Source: an uncultured Aliarcobacter sp.
GTDB taxonomy: Bacteria; Campylobacterota; Campylobacteria; Campylobacterales; Arcobacteraceae
Assembly (NCBI GenBank): GCA_963664305.2
Contig: CAXXLV010000001.1
Location: 256,001-320,000, forward strand
DNA length: 64,000 bases
Reading direction: 5' to 3'
Part shown: positions 62,582-64,000 of the stretch, piece by piece
Numbering within the stretch: the first letter of the stretch is position 1
Layout: each line of letters begins with the position of its first letter
Position numbers and translations under genes: made by a program
Notes under the pieces: model-generated
The model's database searches: none
Told to the model about the DNA's origin: nothing
Seen by the model: the letters and a program-made list of their open reading frames with translations, nothing else

Positions 62582-63574
62582 TTATAAATTTATTTCACAG
62601 TTTTTTAATCTAACTATTAACTCTGTTTTAACATTAGATATAAGTTCTTTAGGATTGTTTGAAAATGAAGCTAAAGGTTCCATCGCATTTTCCATAATCT
62701 CTATGTCTTCTTTTACCCAACTAGTTAATAAATCTCTATTTTCAGTTGATTCTTTTGCCATAACTTTTATAACACTATCTAACCATTTAACTGTTTCTTC
62801 ATACCATGAAACGATAAATTCATTTAACATAGAAATAGTCATTTCATCATTTTGCGCTAACTCTTTTGAGAATTCATTAATCATTAAAGGAATTACAAAA
62901 CCATCAAAAACAACATTTTGTTTAACAAATAATCTAATTGGATCTTTTTCAACAAAAGAATCTTCAACTGCTTTTCTTAAACCTTGCCAATTAGGACAAT
63001 TTAACCAAGCATCTTTTCCAGCTTCTAATTTTGAAACATCATTATCAGAAAGAAGTAGAATTATTTTTGTTATGTGTTGAGCCATTCCAAGTCTATCTTC
63101 AGCTTGAAATAAACAAGCACTCATCATAGCCGTCCCATAAACTCTATCTACAATACAAAGATTATTCATATTTGCACCATACTCATAATGTCTTAATGGA
63201 GTTAAAAAATCATATACCTTTTGTAAATTATCTTTTTTTATAAAATTAACTAAACCTCTTTTTTCAACAAATTCAAAACTTTGTTCATTTGCAGCATTTT
63301 GAGAAGCTCTTGTTGATACATAAGACATATAATGAAATTTTCTTGGATCCAATAAGTCATACCAATCATTCATTTTGATTTTTGTTCTATTTTTATCATA
63401 TATTTCAAATTCAGGTTCCCATTGTGGCCTATAATGAAAATTCTCAGTTGGTTGTGCATCATACATAGCTTCTTCATATCTTGAAGCTGGTCTATCTTCA
63501 CCTAATCTTTGTGCAACATGACCAAAAGTATGTCTTATTGGTTCTATTTCAACACTAGCTATATTTAATTCCAT
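62582..63574 (-). CDS. dmpL: Phenol hydroxylase beta subunit P1
   Basis: P.RHTF.HVA.R.G..PASRYEE..YD.Q...NFHYRP.W.P; PLRHYEYGANMNN; WQGLR. Confidence 0.95.
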   Translation of the reverse strand: MELNIASVEIEPIRHTFGHVAQRLGEDRPASRYEEAMYDAQPTENFHYRPQWEPEFEIYDKNRTKIKMNDWYDLLDPRKFHYMSYVSTRASQNAANEQSFEFVEKRGLVNFIKKDNLQKVYDFLTPLRHYEYGANMNNLCIVDRVYGTAMMSACLFQAEDRLGMAQHITKIILLLSDNDVSKLEAGKDAWLNCPNWQGLRKAVEDSFVEKDPIRLFVKQNVVFDGFVIPLMINEFSKELAQNDEMTISMLNEFIVSWYEETVKWLDSVIKVMAKESTENRDLLTSWVKEDIEIMENAMEPLASFSNNPKELISNVKTELIVRLKNCEINL

Positions 63575-63588
63575 ATTTTCTCCTTAGT

Positions 63589-63822
63589 TTAATTTAACCC
63601 ATATTTCCAATTTTCATTGTCAATTAATAATTCATCTTCTTGTTCTTTTGTAAAAAACGATACTCTATTATTTTGACAAAATTCAATGAAAGCTTTGTAT
63701 GGTAAAAGTAATTCAACATTCATTACAGCTTCACCTACTGCAAAATTAAATTCAACAAATCCATTATCTTTTATATTTATGATTTGTACAAATTTTTTTT
63801 CATTTGGCATAAGTTCATACAT
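63589..63822 (-). CDS. dmpK: Phenol hydroxylase assembly protein P0
   Basis: FVEFNFAVG...VELLLP..AF.EFC..NRV...WKYG. Confidence 0.9.
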   Translation of the reverse strand: MYELMPNEKKFVQIINIKDNGFVEFNFAVGEAVMNVELLLPYKAFIEFCQNNRVSFFTKEQEDELLIDNENWKYGLN

Positions 63823-63870
63823 AAAAAACTCCTAATTAAATTACTCTTTTAGTTTCAAGAACAAGTGAAT

Positions 63871-63900
63871 ACTATGTAAATTAAATCGCAAATTATTCGC
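63871..63900 (-). promoter_or_regulatory. Direct-repeat box GCGAA-N6-GCGAT plus -10 (CATAGT) upstream of dmpK
   Basis: Plus strand TTCGC 63896-900 and ATCGC 63885-89; ACTATG 63871-76 (8-nt spacer). Confidence 0.7.
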
Positions 63901-63957
63901 AAAAAAAAACAAAAAAAATAAAATTGGATAAAATACATACAAATAAAAGGATAGAAT

Positions 63958-64000
63958 ATGAGTTCAATGAAAAGGCGCATTTTTGATAATAAAAATATTC
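63958..64000 (+). CDS. Start of a divergently transcribed gene (MSSMKRRIFDNKNI...), truncated by the window end
   Basis: AAAAGGA RBS upstream of ATG at 63958; open to the end of the window. Confidence 0.5.
   Translation, partial: MSSMKRRIFDNKNI

Noticed and set aside
60042..63080. Several plus-strand ORFs (72-178 aa) opposite dmpL/N/O/P
   Set aside because: Antisense shadows of the hydroxylase genes with no protein-family signal
63823..63957. Search for a sigma54 -24/-12 promoter or DmpR-type palindromic UAS upstream of dmpK
   Set aside because: None found in the visible sequence; the poly-A tract at 63901-63918 is treated as a possible UP-like element only
30250..64000. Search for mobility signatures (integrase, transposase, tRNA att site, terminal repeats) bounding the catabolic region
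   Set aside because: None recognised within the window, so it is not called a mobile element

Overview
Very AT-rich chromosomal DNA from a Campylobacterota bacterium, most likely Arcobacteraceae, judged from protein similarity, gene order and composition. Bases 1-30 kb are core genome: a flagellar/chemotaxis cluster (two flgE-type genes, flgD, fliNHGF, flgB, flgF, cheZ, cheY, flgG), ffh-rpsP-khpA-rimM, waaA, glyQ, purE, a U32 protein, a chemoreceptor with two Cache domains and a CZB domain, recN, nadK and rpsL-rpsG-fusA. Bases 30-39.6 kb are accessory: MFS transporters, DUF2971, a Ni/Co ECF transporter, an orphan ParA plus small partner, and LysR. Bases ~39.7-64 kb form an aromatic-catabolism region. 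It holds a complete multicomponent phenol hydroxylase (dmpKLMNOP) and a complete catechol meta-cleavage pathway (dmpQ, B, C, E, F, G, H, I, D), interleaved with mdh, a PAS/HisKA_2 kinase plus winged-helix response regulator, tauE, an LLM oxidoreductase, panE, an AEC transporter, a porin, an uncharacterised membrane protein and a pheA-like gene. The main observation read directly from the DNA is an 11-bp-periodic direct repeat, (G)CGAW-N6-GCGAW. It lies 8-10 nt upstream of a sigma70-like -10 hexamer in front of five transcription units (dmpK, mdh, dmpQ, pheA, porin), always oriented with transcription. This suggests a sigma54-independent, PhoB/OmpR-style phenol regulon in place of the canonical DmpR/XylR control. 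No rRNA, tRNA, CRISPR array, integrase or transposase was recognised.
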